Source: Phallusia mammillata
Taxonomy: Eukaryota
Direction of reading: 5' to 3'
Assembly (NCBI GenBank): GCA_965637545.1
Contig: OZ281495.1
Location: forward strand, 21,824,001-21,888,000
DNA length: 64,000 bases
Shown here piece after piece: positions 48,873-61,008 of this stretch. Made by a program: the position numbers and the translations under genes. The notes beneath the pieces were generated by a model. The model did no database searches. It was not told the DNA's origin and saw only the letters and a program-made list of their open reading frames with translations. The first letter of the stretch is position 1. The number at the start of each line of letters is the position of its first letter.

Positions 48873-49310
48873 CCCCATCAGTTACCCCACTAGCCCCCTA
48901 AAATGGGTGAATATTTAAACAGGGTCGGAATTGGCTGAAATTTGGATAGCTTGTATAATTTGCCATTTACAATTGATGATTGTTGTGTTAAAACCTGTAG
49001 CCCCAGCATTTACCCCACTAGCCCCCTAAAATGGGTGAATTTTTAAACAGGGTTGGATTTGGCTGAAATTTGGATAGCTTGTACAATTTGCCATTTACAA
49101 ATGATGATTGTTGTGTTAAACCCTGTAGCCCCATCAGTTACCCCACTAGCCCCCTAAAAAGGATAAATTTTTTAAACAGGGTCGGAATTGGCTGAAATTT
49201 GGATAGCTTGTACAATTTGCCATTTACAAATGACGATTGTTGTGTTAAACCCTGTAGCCCCAATAGTCACCCTGCTAGCCCCCTAAAATGGGTGAGTTTT
49301 TAAACAGTGG
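48873..49310. repeat. Tandem repeat, about 3.4 x 128 bp
   Basis: Copies start near 48873, 49001, 49129 and 49258 (CCCCA..AGTTACCCCACTAGCCCCCTAAAATGGGTGAA...). Confidence 0.9.
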
Positions 49311-52300
49311 GCAATTGTTGGAAATGTTATGCCATTTATAGGTATCGATTGTTGTGTTTTACTTCTTTGTTTTAAACTAGACAAACTTTAAACAATGCTT
49401 GAATTGAGTCGATTTGTATAGTTTGAACTTTGCATAGCATGACTATTTAATCCTAGTACCAATCACAGTGTTTTACTTTACAACACCAAAGTTTCTTATG
49501 GTTATCTCTTGAAATGCAGTGTTTACAACTTTGCATGTGTGGGGACCCATGAGTTTCTGCCTGCAGAAACAACTAACGTTTTAAAAGACGGTGGCAAATA
49601 TGGGACCCAATATAAAATAAGTGAAGGAATTATATTTATGTTTTAAAATAGATCATAGTGTATGTGCAAGGGCAATATGTGCTAAGCCACCCTTCTAGTT
49701 TTTTATTTCTTTTAATTCTATTACTTCAGTTGTAAGGAAGGTCTTGGTATGTATGTTTGTCTGTCTAGCTGGTGGGCCACCTGTTTCGCTGATGGACGAC
49801 ACAGGAAGATGCCAACACAGCTGCGCAAAGCAACCACCCTTGAAGTTGTAATCGAAAACCAGAAGACGAGTCGATCCAGCTGACCACCAGGACGTTGTGT
49901 TGTCATTCCTGTCTTGGCAATCGGCCTGACCACAAGCGTATGCACGTGTGATGGAAATCTGCACCAAACAACATCATAATGGGACAAGCTTCCATAACAA
50001 ACCCTTGCCACAACGCCCTGATTGATCCAGGGAAACACTTAGAGTGATGGATGAGACCCAAACCGGACAACGTCCAACTATGAGAAGAGGTCTTGAAATA
50101 AGTCCAAAGACTTACACGCAATCTAGGCATAAAGGACGTTGCTACAGAAGGACGTCGCATAGGCGCAGCAGCACAATAGGAAGGTATGCAATCCTGATTC
50201 GCTTGTGGGAGGGGACGATCTACCGAAAATTATCAATGATCGTTCAATGAGATTGTGAAACAGGTGTCGGCTCAGAGCGTTCATCCGTTAATGCTAATGT
50301 AAATAGGCTGAGAATGTTCTCACGTTTATTCGCGACGCTGTGTCTTTGCAAATGATGTAATGCTGGAGTTCCAAACTTGGATTTTTTTATTTTAATTTAC
50401 AATGTACAGGGCTGTTAAGCAATAAAACATCATCAGCGCTCGACTGGGAAAATGCAGTATTGTCCACCATGATGACTTACCAATCGTGTCAATCGTTCAA
50501 AACAGGAAAACCGTTGTGATAAAAAGGCTCAATACCACATTGACGTCTATTTATAAGCAAATGAGTTCTTCTGTCATTTGACAAAAAGTTCAATTACGCT
50601 TTTGATAGTATCACCATAGGCTAGGCTATACTTGACAGAGAAAGGGCACAATTAGTGATGGAGATGACACCTGCGACCATGTCGATTTAAATTCGGGCAT
50701 GTACTTGGGCAATATGCACCGGTTCGACATAAAGTACCAATTTTCAACCAGGTATAATTTTGCAGATGCGCATTTGCGGCCACAATTCGGGATCGACGAT
50801 GGACACCCGAAAATTACCAAAACCGCTTCTTTTTCTGGAAACGCCCGCTTTCGTCGATGACCCCTGATATTTAACACTCGGTCTGGCGCATTGATGAGTT
50901 TTTGCAATGGTCGCCAGAGTGACTCTCCACTTGTAAACGCCATCACACCAAAGACTTTTCAATCGGGCCGAGTTTACAAAATACCACCACGGCTGTAAAC
51001 AACAGTGGTCAATAGGAGGTTGTCTAGGGGTTGACGCCGATGCTACGACGTCTAACATGCAAGCCGAGGTAAAATGGATTCAATAAAAACCAGCCGGCGC
51101 CAAATACTGCGCAGCGACACTGTTGCACCCAGGTAAGTCCTTTCGGCCACGCGTTTGGCGTCGAGTGGCATCATTTGAGACACACCTTTCTTTTCTCAAG
51201 GGGAAGGAAGGGATCAAGGGTCAAGACGAGGGTCTCGGGGTTTTAAGTGATATTGCATGTGACTTGTGACGGGGATCCCACTCGAACACGTGGTCGGTGA
51301 CGTGCGCACACGGAAACGGAAGATGCGAAAGACGCAGCTCGCTTACAAAGGGACCGCAAGTTTCACTTGTGGCAGTAAACTGAACACCCGGTAAGTGGTT
51401 CAACTTGAGCGAACTTCAATGGACGATCGGTTTAATCTGAAAACTTCACAGCGCTGATGTCTAGCCGGTCAACTGCTGATGAGCTTGCGACTTCCGTTTG
51501 GGTACTTATTTTTCGAACTACGCCAAAAATCTTCATGTGACCTCTAACTTTCGGCTTTTGACCGTCACTTCGCACGGGTATAGACAAACTTTTCACATCC
51601 GATCACAGGCTAATGTTGAATTTAAAATGTTTTAAAGCTGAGCGACTCTGCTGATGGGAAAGGATAGGAATGGCAGTACGAAAATTCGAGCCCTTTAAAC
51701 TTGCAGAGTAAATAAAAATATGTCGGTTATGATTGTACATACACATCTATTGCTTCCTAAACATTTTACAGTCTCCTATCACTGACAATATATGAGAAAA
51801 TGGCGTGGAAGAAGATGCCGAAGTAAACCTTTCTCCGTCGTTTTGATCATTGCGAAGTACGGACATGGGACAAGATTTAGTTCGATTTCGGGTCGGCCCT
51901 ACCCCTAGTGCCTTTAGAATGTCGTGTCTGGATGGGGTAAATCTTCTTCACAAGGTGACAGATGGGAAAGTTGCTTGTCGCTGTATGGCAAAAAATAGTG
52001 AACACGAAAAGTGATGACCGCGGGAACGCGAGACATAGGACATATCCACGTGGACGAAGGAAACCGCAACATATACGCCAGCTCAGCTATGATAATCGCA
52101 TTGTTGTGGGAATGTTCGACAGCGTGACCAAACTGATATTCATGTTGGGGTACACGAGTGGGTGGCCATTGTCCAAGAAAACAGTGGGCTCGTTTCCAGT
52201 TTTTAATTTCCGTCGATTGTTGCGGCGTGACAGTTTACCTAGGGCAGGCGTTCTTACACAAACTTCCCAATCTAAACCCTTGAGAATATGCGCCGCACAA

Positions 52301-55300
52301 AAGACCTGGCGAAGAATGGAGGCGGGCATTTGATCAGGGTCTGAATTAATCGCAGCTGCTTCTCACACTTAAACTAAAGGTTCCAGCTTCTGTTACTTGT
52401 CAACGATGTCTATTATCATGCGACGTGTGAACGCCGGTGCTAGGTAAACTTACAATCAATGACACATCCCTACTTTGATCCGTTGCGAATTGAGACACCC
52501 TTGAGTGGCATTCCGTGCGCATTCACACTCACAATCAAGCGAGTTGTTTGAAAGCGACACGAGACAATGATAGGGGGAGTGGATCTCCTATTCCGCCGGA
52601 AGAATGCAGAAAGGATAGCAAGGTGCGAAACGATCGTAAATTATAAAACCGAACCAAGTACTCCCGACACCTGTACGTATTCAGGGGCAAGTGGCCAGGT
52701 CGCAGTTCTCGCGAAGGGTTCATCGCAACAAATTTGTCGACATCTCCCGATCTCCCACCGTTGCTGGCTCGCTTGGGCAAAGCAAACAGCGGCCCAGTGG
52801 CACGCGGGTATCCCGTTACGGCGCGGGGGAGGGACACTTCGTGTTGCCTTACTACTGCCCCATTGTCACTTAGATAAACATTATTTTAAGCTCTCCTAAC
52901 GATAAGATGTCGCAACGCGCCACGCGGAGTGTAACATAAGGCCCTAACCTGGCGAGCCAGTTTCTCACGCTCGCATGCCTGTTTTTGTTATAACCGTCAC
53001 CCGGTTAGGTGATATATAAACGAGAGTTTGTTAAAAAAGCACTACAATTTGTAAATTTTAACAAACTGCCAAACATTTTTTCGTATATTGATTTTGTCGT
53101 ATTGTTTTTTTGAGAACGAAAGTCTGTAAGGGGGAGCGGATCATTTATCGGCTTTTGGATTAAGTGAGGAAGCAGATCGGATGCGGTGTCGAGTTTCTGC
53201 GGTTGCCATTCCCACACACCGACGGTACACGGAATTAGACGGATCAAGAAATTGTTCAGTTTGATCAATGAACAGGGGCTCCGACCCCCTCGACACGCAG
53301 TCAACAGAAACCGAAAAAAGGCTAACGGAGCCATTTTATATCTTCCCTTTGTTTTTAACTGACAACTGAAGTAATCACAAAGGCAAAAAATCTATTTTAT
53401 CTCTGCGTTTGACCAGGTCCGCCCGCGAGAATGTTTATTCTTGAATTACTGTCGACATGTGACTGTATACATTAGCCGCTTTTTGGCATATTGTCAAATA
53501 AGTGTATTTGCTTGGCCATTTGTTCATTTGCTCGCCATCAAAATATTGTGTTTGAGCAACGCTATTTGTTTCTCGCCATTCCGCTTTGGATTCCCGCATT
53601 GCCAACACTGACATTGTTTAACGGTTTCCTTCGGTTACACGCCTATCCGGGCGTGATTGATTGCTTTTATTTTTCCGCCGTGAACAGCACAACAAAACAG
53701 GATTTTCATTTTCAGTGAATAGTTTTTCGTATGCTGTAATGGCGCCAGAGACTGTCTTGAAAAGCGACTTCGGTACTTGCAGCCGCGAAATAGCCACATG
53801 CATCTCGGTGCTGTAACATTAACCGACGACGTTCCTAATCCCCTAATCTGTCACAACAGAAGCACCGCGCAGCGGCCTCTTAAATTAGGGTCAATCGAAG
53901 CGAACCCCGAAACAAGTCAATCGGCGATGATTCGCACAAAAACAACACACACCGATTGCGTGTGATCGAATGGCATCCCTACGATGCACCCTTCTCTGCC
54001 CGAGCCCAGACAGTGCCCCCGCTAGACTCGGACGCTAATGCGTCATTATGGTTTGGAGGAAAAGTGATTTTCGTTTCTCGATCATTCTGACGGAACTAAT
54101 GCGGGTTCTCCGGTTTCCAGCGCCGCCAGGAACAACGAGCTAAATTTGTCACTGCATTGGTGCCAAAACATGTCTACACCCTTTACATTTTAAAAACGCT
54201 GGCTCGAATGTACTTCCAGGCGCCAGGAATGCTAGTTGGCAACGGACGCACAAAAAATGTATGTGGGCAAATAATATACGGGCACTACTAACGGCTATGT
54301 AGCATTATATGCTTAAAGACAGTTCACACCTGTTGCGTTGTGTCACGATCTGTCATAAAACTCAGATAACGCGAATGGATTATCGCGTAAAGGTATATTG
54401 CCCGATTTGTTTTATCGGGCCGACTCAATTACACAGCAACAGAGCAAGTGCAGTGTTGCTTAAACAGCACGCATCACCAAACCACAGATGAATTTGAACT
54501 TCCCACTCACACAGGGCCTTGCGCAGCAGCTGTTTTAGTGAACTTGTGGAAGGCAAGCGCACGCATCCCCGCAAATACAACTCAACATACAAGCGATCTG
54601 GATTGTCAACACCTTAGCCTTTTGTTGAGCGATATCAAGCCGATCTCGAAGGCTGCCGCTGCACAGGTGTTTTGCGGTCCCGTGACATCATCGCCATGCG
54701 GGGTCTGACAACGACTCGTTTACAGTTTCAAATCGCGATGTCTTATCGCGGTACTTGGGGATTGAATTAGCTAAACGGCCATGAAGTACTTGACCTACGC
54801 ATCTGGCGATTCCTCCAACTACGGCTCCATAAAGATTTAAACAGAACCGCACACCATCAAGTAATATGGGCAACAACTAATAAAGCCTAGAAGATGAACT
54901 TTAAATCACATCTGTACCTTAAATGAAAGCTTAGAACAGGACTACTGTTTGATAGTTCACTTCCACTTTTTCCAAAGTTTTATTCCTGGGGTTTACAGTC
55001 ACGAAAATGGAAGATTGCAGTCTCTCTGTAACAGTAAATTCAGGCAAGGGTAACGTTATACTTAAAAACCCAAATACCGTACTGTAAGTTTTATTTTATC
55101 TTCGGTTAACCTTTGTGTTCTTATGTTACATCGCTCGCCAACGGCGAATCTTGCTTCATATTAGACGGGGATTCATATGCGGTTGCCAAAGAAGAAAACA
55201 CGCTCGGCCACCACTAATGCCACAAAGCAATGTCCTTGTCGGTTCCGACCATTCAAGCCAATAATTGTGCAACTCTACTCTTCAACACGTGTTACATGGG

Positions 55301-56479
55301 TTAGTCATGCAGGTGTCTTAATCTTATAAACTCGACGGACAATCTGCGCTTCTCGTTTGCCCGGTAAATCTAGATCCCAGGTTGCCAGATAGCAGTTTTT
55401 TGTGTCAGGTCATGAAGCAAACCCCTTTCAGTCAAATTCGGTGACACGTGGGATATTTGAAAAATTCCAGTGACGGTATGTGAATATTCTAAAAAAACGT
55501 TCTCAAACGCTGAGGGCAATTATAATCTTAGTTTGTCATTTTTTCTCTTCGTGTGGGAAATTCAATATGAGGAGGTTCAGCACAATACAGCCGGCATTTT
55601 CAGTTTTGCACATATGTCTATACCTTAGCAGTGTTTGCAAACGGATGACCATTTACGTATGGGTTTGGCGCGTGGTTTTCATGGTGCATGGATAGAGGCC
55701 AAGTTTCAGGTCATTTACTCGTGATCCTAACTACGTTTTTACAAGTCGTAATAACGGAGATCCATCTTCATTAGACAGCACCGAATTAGAACTTCGTAAA
55801 CCGACAAACTCAACTTCCCATCACTCATCACTATAGTCAAGGGTGGTCTAATCAAGCGTCGTTAGATGATACCGGCACCTTGAAAAAAAGTTGCTAAGCC
55901 ACATCGCAACTATTTTGTTTCATCTAATTGCACCGCAACAAACAGGTTGAACTGCGTGCTTGGACGCATATCAAACACGTAGTGTTACTAGATGTTAGCC
56001 GCAACCACGCGCCCGACAATTGGCGAACAAATGACAACGTCAAGTCTTTTGTCGCTTTCTGGAGATAACGTGTAGGCCTGTTGTTTTCTGCGGTTAAGGC
56101 CGGAGATTCAGTGAATGACAACAAGCTGCGAAGCAAGATTTTTAACCACAAGAAAACCAAAAGCTACGAAAAACGGCAACGTTAGTGTTTCCACGCCGTA
56201 AATTTCGAGCTAACAATAGGAAAAAGTGCGGAATTTAGCTTTCACCGTGATTGTTCTTTCGTTCCCTATAAGTGTAATTCGCCAAACAACCGGTTGCTCA
56301 TACCGAGCACCCACACAGCACGAATTTTCGCGCCCATTTGCCGCACATTTAGGGCGCGACAGATTCAATAATCCCGCATATCATCGGCGCTGACATGCGG
56401 CATATCCGACCGGTCGCTGCTTGCCGTCACTCGCCACAAACCTGCCACCATGCCACGGGTCAAATGAGGTTATATTGTC

Positions 56480-56517
56480 CACTTCCGTCCAGCGGCAGCA
56501 CTTCCGTCCAGCGGCAG
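56480..56517. repeat. Perfect 19-bp direct duplication containing ETS-type sites
   Basis: CACTTCCGTCCAGCGGCAG x2, followed by a partial third copy CACGTCCGCTGG. Confidence 0.8.
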
Positions 56518-59500
56518 CACGTCCGCTGGGGCGTGAGATGCTTCCCACTAACACAGTTCGTGCGCGGGTCACACAAATGAAAATATTTCCGAGCAGCAAA
56601 AACACCGCCGGTGTCACTGCTGAATACTGAACATGACACGCAACCGTAAGCGACAACAGTTTGCTGGTGTTTACTCTAAGAAGCGACGCTGCGGCATTGG
56701 CCCAGAGAAGAATTCCCCATTTCCCGTGTTGGCAGATCGTTGACAACCCCCCAAGAACGTTGCTATTTTATCAAAGGCAAGAATAAATTCACCTTTAAGT
56801 CTTATGGTGACAGCGTGGAATTTTACACCCAGGGCCGACTACTAGCCTAAAAATATCGTTGCTTTTCGTTTTTTTTATCTTTATGAGCATTAAAAGGACA
56901 TGACACGACAAGTACATGACCCCCGCAACTTCCGCTTCCTGGATGTCCCCGAGACGTCATGTTTTGACGTCACATGTTTGTTGGTTAGCCAGGAACCTTT
57001 GGGATCACTGAAGGGCATCTTGATATCCGAAGCGATACAAAAGTTCTTCCTACCAAAAACGAACACAGACAAACTTTATGCGGCAACCAGCAGCTGCAAG
57101 GACGACTCCAGTTCGCTGATGGCTGCGAAAACTAACGTGCAGCATCAAGGGCATATTCGCTGACACAATGCGACCAGGGGAGTAAATTATCGCGTTTCGG
57201 AAGCGCGTTGGATTTCTAAAAGTCGCGAATTGCTTCGACCCTTGTTTTGGGTCGATCCCGGATGGAAATTGGAGCGCTGCCCGGCCGGCGTCACAAAAGC
57301 TGTTGATGAGGTCACAATGCCGCTTCGGCTGCTGCGGACAATGCGGAAAACAAAAAAGCGGGACCGCCGCGCGAAAGAAACTCTTTTTGATTTCCCCAGA
57401 AACACCGCAGACAGTCTATTACGGAACACGCATTACCTAATTTTTTCTAAGACTGTTTGATTTTGTTGCAAATCCTTCACGCCGCTTTGTGGATGTGCTC
57501 GACGCAGCGTGTCAACTGCGTACAGGAAAATTGTGATTTATTACCGGGTTTAGCTGGGTGCCTTGTTGCGAAATGTGGAAACAACGCGATGTCGGTTGAA
57601 AGCTGTAAATTAAATTAACGCAGTTTAACGGTGAGTCGTTTGCCCTTCCAATCCATTTCAACCGAACACTGAGTTATTGTTAAAAAAATATGTTTTTCAC
57701 ACGCCGTTTGAAGCCTGAGCGTGAGAATGCAAGGTTGTAAAGATCCATAATAAGATATTTTCACAACATTCGTAGTGCTTTCTTATATGTATGGCCTATT
57801 AAAAAACAGGGTACTGAAAACTACGGTTAGTTCGACAATATGTGACCTTAAATTACAACAACATCACGGGTATAATTTAACCACTTGCCAAGTGGACATC
57901 CAAGCTTCTGTCCACCTCCAGTTGTGCAAACAATCACATCAGCTGACTTCTGCCTTGGGTGATCTATCACTGTGTTTGAGACCAGGCGGTCAAATTTCCA
58001 AAAAATAAGGACAAAGAATCGAAGTTCGTGGCAAAACTAGTATGATTCACTGATAGAGCTTGCCTTGACAACACGTTGACCCCGCAAAAAACAAAACAAA
58101 TTACAATAACAGTATCATAAAATTGGTAATGTTATTCTTTTTATATCTATTTAGTAGTATGAAAGTTTTCTATTTTTTCTTAAAAAATCAAAAACAATTA
58201 TTGCTACCAATGATTGTGTTTAATTGCAAAACAACAATAACTAATTTTAGCTGAAGTTGCGAAAATCGGACCTGCTTTGAAACAGTGTGTGGTCCTTCAA
58301 TCCCGTGACAACATGTGCAATGAGCAGGACAGGTAGATAAAATTAAGCCCCCTTACGCGTCGCGGCCCAGCTGACAATCTTTGAAGTCGTTCCTCTGCAT
58401 AAACAGTTGTTTTTTGGGCGGCGACATAACAGACAGTCTGGTGATCACAAGGACGCCGGCGTTACGTATTTACGATACGTAGTTGGGGAAATTTGTGTTG
58501 GTTCTCGCGCCCATATTTCATCCACTACAAACGTAAGCTACCAGCGAAGGTTGCGTGCAGTCCAGAACTGACGAAATCATGAAGTGATGCCTAAAACAAC
58601 AGCGCGGCCTCGAACGTGTGATGGATTTAGACAAGGCTCCTGGTTTTGAAAGTGTGATTCACTTTACCCGCTTTCAGTCGACCTCTGATATGGATGTCTA
58701 CTAAACAGCCTGTTGTTTTAGCGCGGTACTTCGCAGCGCTGCCCCACCGTACATTTTACTGAAACATGTGTGCCCAAGCGCTGTGGGAAATGACATTTTA
58801 CTAATTGCTGATTCCTAATCATGATACACCCTTTTCTGTTCCCTTTAAATGCCAAACAACAAGCAAAAAGGTCGACAAACCCGAAAAGTCCAGATACTCA
58901 AATCGTAAAAGGTCTCGTGGGACCAAAACCTTTACCACATGTTCGGTGGTGGTTTAAGTTGCCAAGGCACGTCGGTTATAAAACTTGTATACTGTGCTTA
59001 AATACGATTCCCAACCACAAAGTTGGTAATTAACAGTTTTTCGTCGACATCATGGTTTTACGTAGAATTTCACGTCCTGGAACCCAGAGATTAAGCAAAG
59101 GTAAGCCAGGCTCCTTGGCTTGTCACACAGTCCACTTGGTTTTTGATCAAAGCTGGCTAATTGTAACCAAAGACTAGGATCGACTGTCAGCACCTGCCCG
59201 TGTCCAGTGGCCAAATGACCTGCACATGTTGCTAATGAGCGTAAGGCTCTGTGCAAATCTGCTGGTGCAGGTTTTACCGTGCTGGTAAGTTTACTTAGCA
59301 AAATCGTGACTCTGCCACGTTCCTACACGTTTATGATAAAAATCTAAAAGGCAAGTTTTCTATCTAGCTGGCTTACATTTTTTGATTAAGTTTTAAGGAA
59401 AAAGTTACTTCATCCAGTTTTCAAATAGTTTTGTTTAAGCTATACTTAAAACTACAACAGGAAACCACGGAAATCTTGGAAACTACTGTCTTCAGGATTT

Positions 59501-60768
59501 CCATATTTACGTTTGGTAATTCGTCTTGATCGGCGCAAAAAATCTGGGATTCTCACCCGGTTGGATTATGAAAGGAATGACTCGTTGGCTACTCACGGAG
59601 CAAGCGAAGGAGATAAAAAAATTCTTTGCTTCGACGTCTTATGTCAAAGAAGTAATACTATGAACGATTTTTATTCTCGGCGTGGGAATTTTTTTCTGGT
59701 ACATTTGTTTGGTGACAAAATGGTCGAAAGTTAATGGATGCCCAAACAAGGATTTGTGATGTATGTAATCATGCACGGCACATTGTGACGTACACATACC
59801 CAGCTTAGGTTCAGTGACGTCAGGTGCGCGGGAAGCAGCACGAGTGCTTTCACTTGTCAATCTTGACTAAATAAAGCAAACGGGAGAAGAACAAAGACAA
59901 TTTGTGGCAGCAGTGGGCGCTTACAAAACAGATCGCTTCCTTGCGTCTGATTCGAGATAAAACGTCTCAAATGCAGACGGCGAGGAAACGTGAAGGTTAC
60001 AGGTAGTGATGCCACTCGGAATAGTGCGTTTTCCTACACACACCCACAAAGCATCCGCCATCTGAACGGGATGCGCGCACGGGCGCCCCTTCCTGACATT
60101 ACGCTGTTGACGATGTAACCGCACTGGGGCAATGATTTTGTAAATCCGGCTTTCTCCCCCACAGACGACCGCAAAATAAGCTGATGCACAGGTGTTCAAG
60201 AGCATGACCCTAGCGTAGGTGGTGGAGCTTTGGTTAGTCGATACACACAATCTTTAATAACCCACATCCAACCTTCTGACCGTAACCGCCGGTTTATATG
60301 TCTGGCTGCTCTTACACGTCCACACCTGCTTACCACCCATTTGTACACGCAATACGGCACTTTGTAACATGTTAAACAAAGCAAACAGTTTACATAAACC
60401 AGAGGGTGGAACTTATTTAATTTAAGTGACTGAAATAAGATTGTTTCCTAGAAAACAAATTACTGTCATACGTACGTAATCGCTTTTGTTGTTAAACCAA
60501 GCTTTACTTCCTCCAATACGGCTCTGGTAAACACATTGTGTAGAATGTGTACGTTGCGTTCCTTCCAGGTATCGGTATGCAGTGATAGTTAAGTAATATT
60601 ATTCCAGGTTTCATAATTTCAAACCTACTATACGCTTTACGTTTCTATAACTTTATATTTGACATTGGAGTGTATTTTGAATTTACGCAAATAAAAAGCA
60701 AATGTTTTGCACTCATGACGTTAAACTACCTATAAGTAGAAATAGTGACCGAAAAGAGACCCTAGGAC

Positions 60769-61008
60769 CATGGGCGCCGGCAGAAAATTTTGCAAGAGGG
60801 GGCAAGTTTTGGCTGATACTTTACCGCATCAAGAATTTGTTACATATGAAGCCATAAATCGTGTACTTTACTATTGAGTTGCCTAAGAGTTAAAACATTT
60901 AACGATGTAACAAATCCCCACGCTGCCACTTTAATTAGGTTTGCTGCAAAATATGTTAAATTGAGGTACACTGAAATTCCAGGGGGGGGGGCAAGTGCGG
61001 CGCCCATG
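60769..61008. mobile_element. hAT-type MITE (240 bp)
   Basis: Perfect 11-bp TIR CATGGGCGCCG. Perfect 8-bp TSD CCTAGGAC (60761-60768 / 61009-61016). Subterminal GGGGGCAAGT at both ends. Confidence 0.92.

Larger units (their letters stand above)
48246..49582 (+). mobile_element. Helentron-associated non-autonomous element (HINE/DINE-1-like)
   Basis: Subterminal inverted repeats ATGGGTCCCC (48249-48258) / GGGGACCCAT (49541-49550). 5' hairpin GTCCCCTTC/GAAGGGGAC (48253-48273). 3' hairpin GTTTCTGC/GCAGAAAC (49553-49570). T-rich ends, no TSD, poly-T tract and internal tandem repeats. End points are approximate. Confidence 0.7.

Noticed and set aside
48620-49310. Regularly spaced repeats resembling a CRISPR array
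   Set aside because: Whole 110-bp and 128-bp units repeat with no unique spacers; eukaryotic context inside a TE.
57740-59500. AT-rich blocks that look like TE remnants
   Set aside because: No TIRs, TSDs or coding remnants could be delimited without a repeat library.
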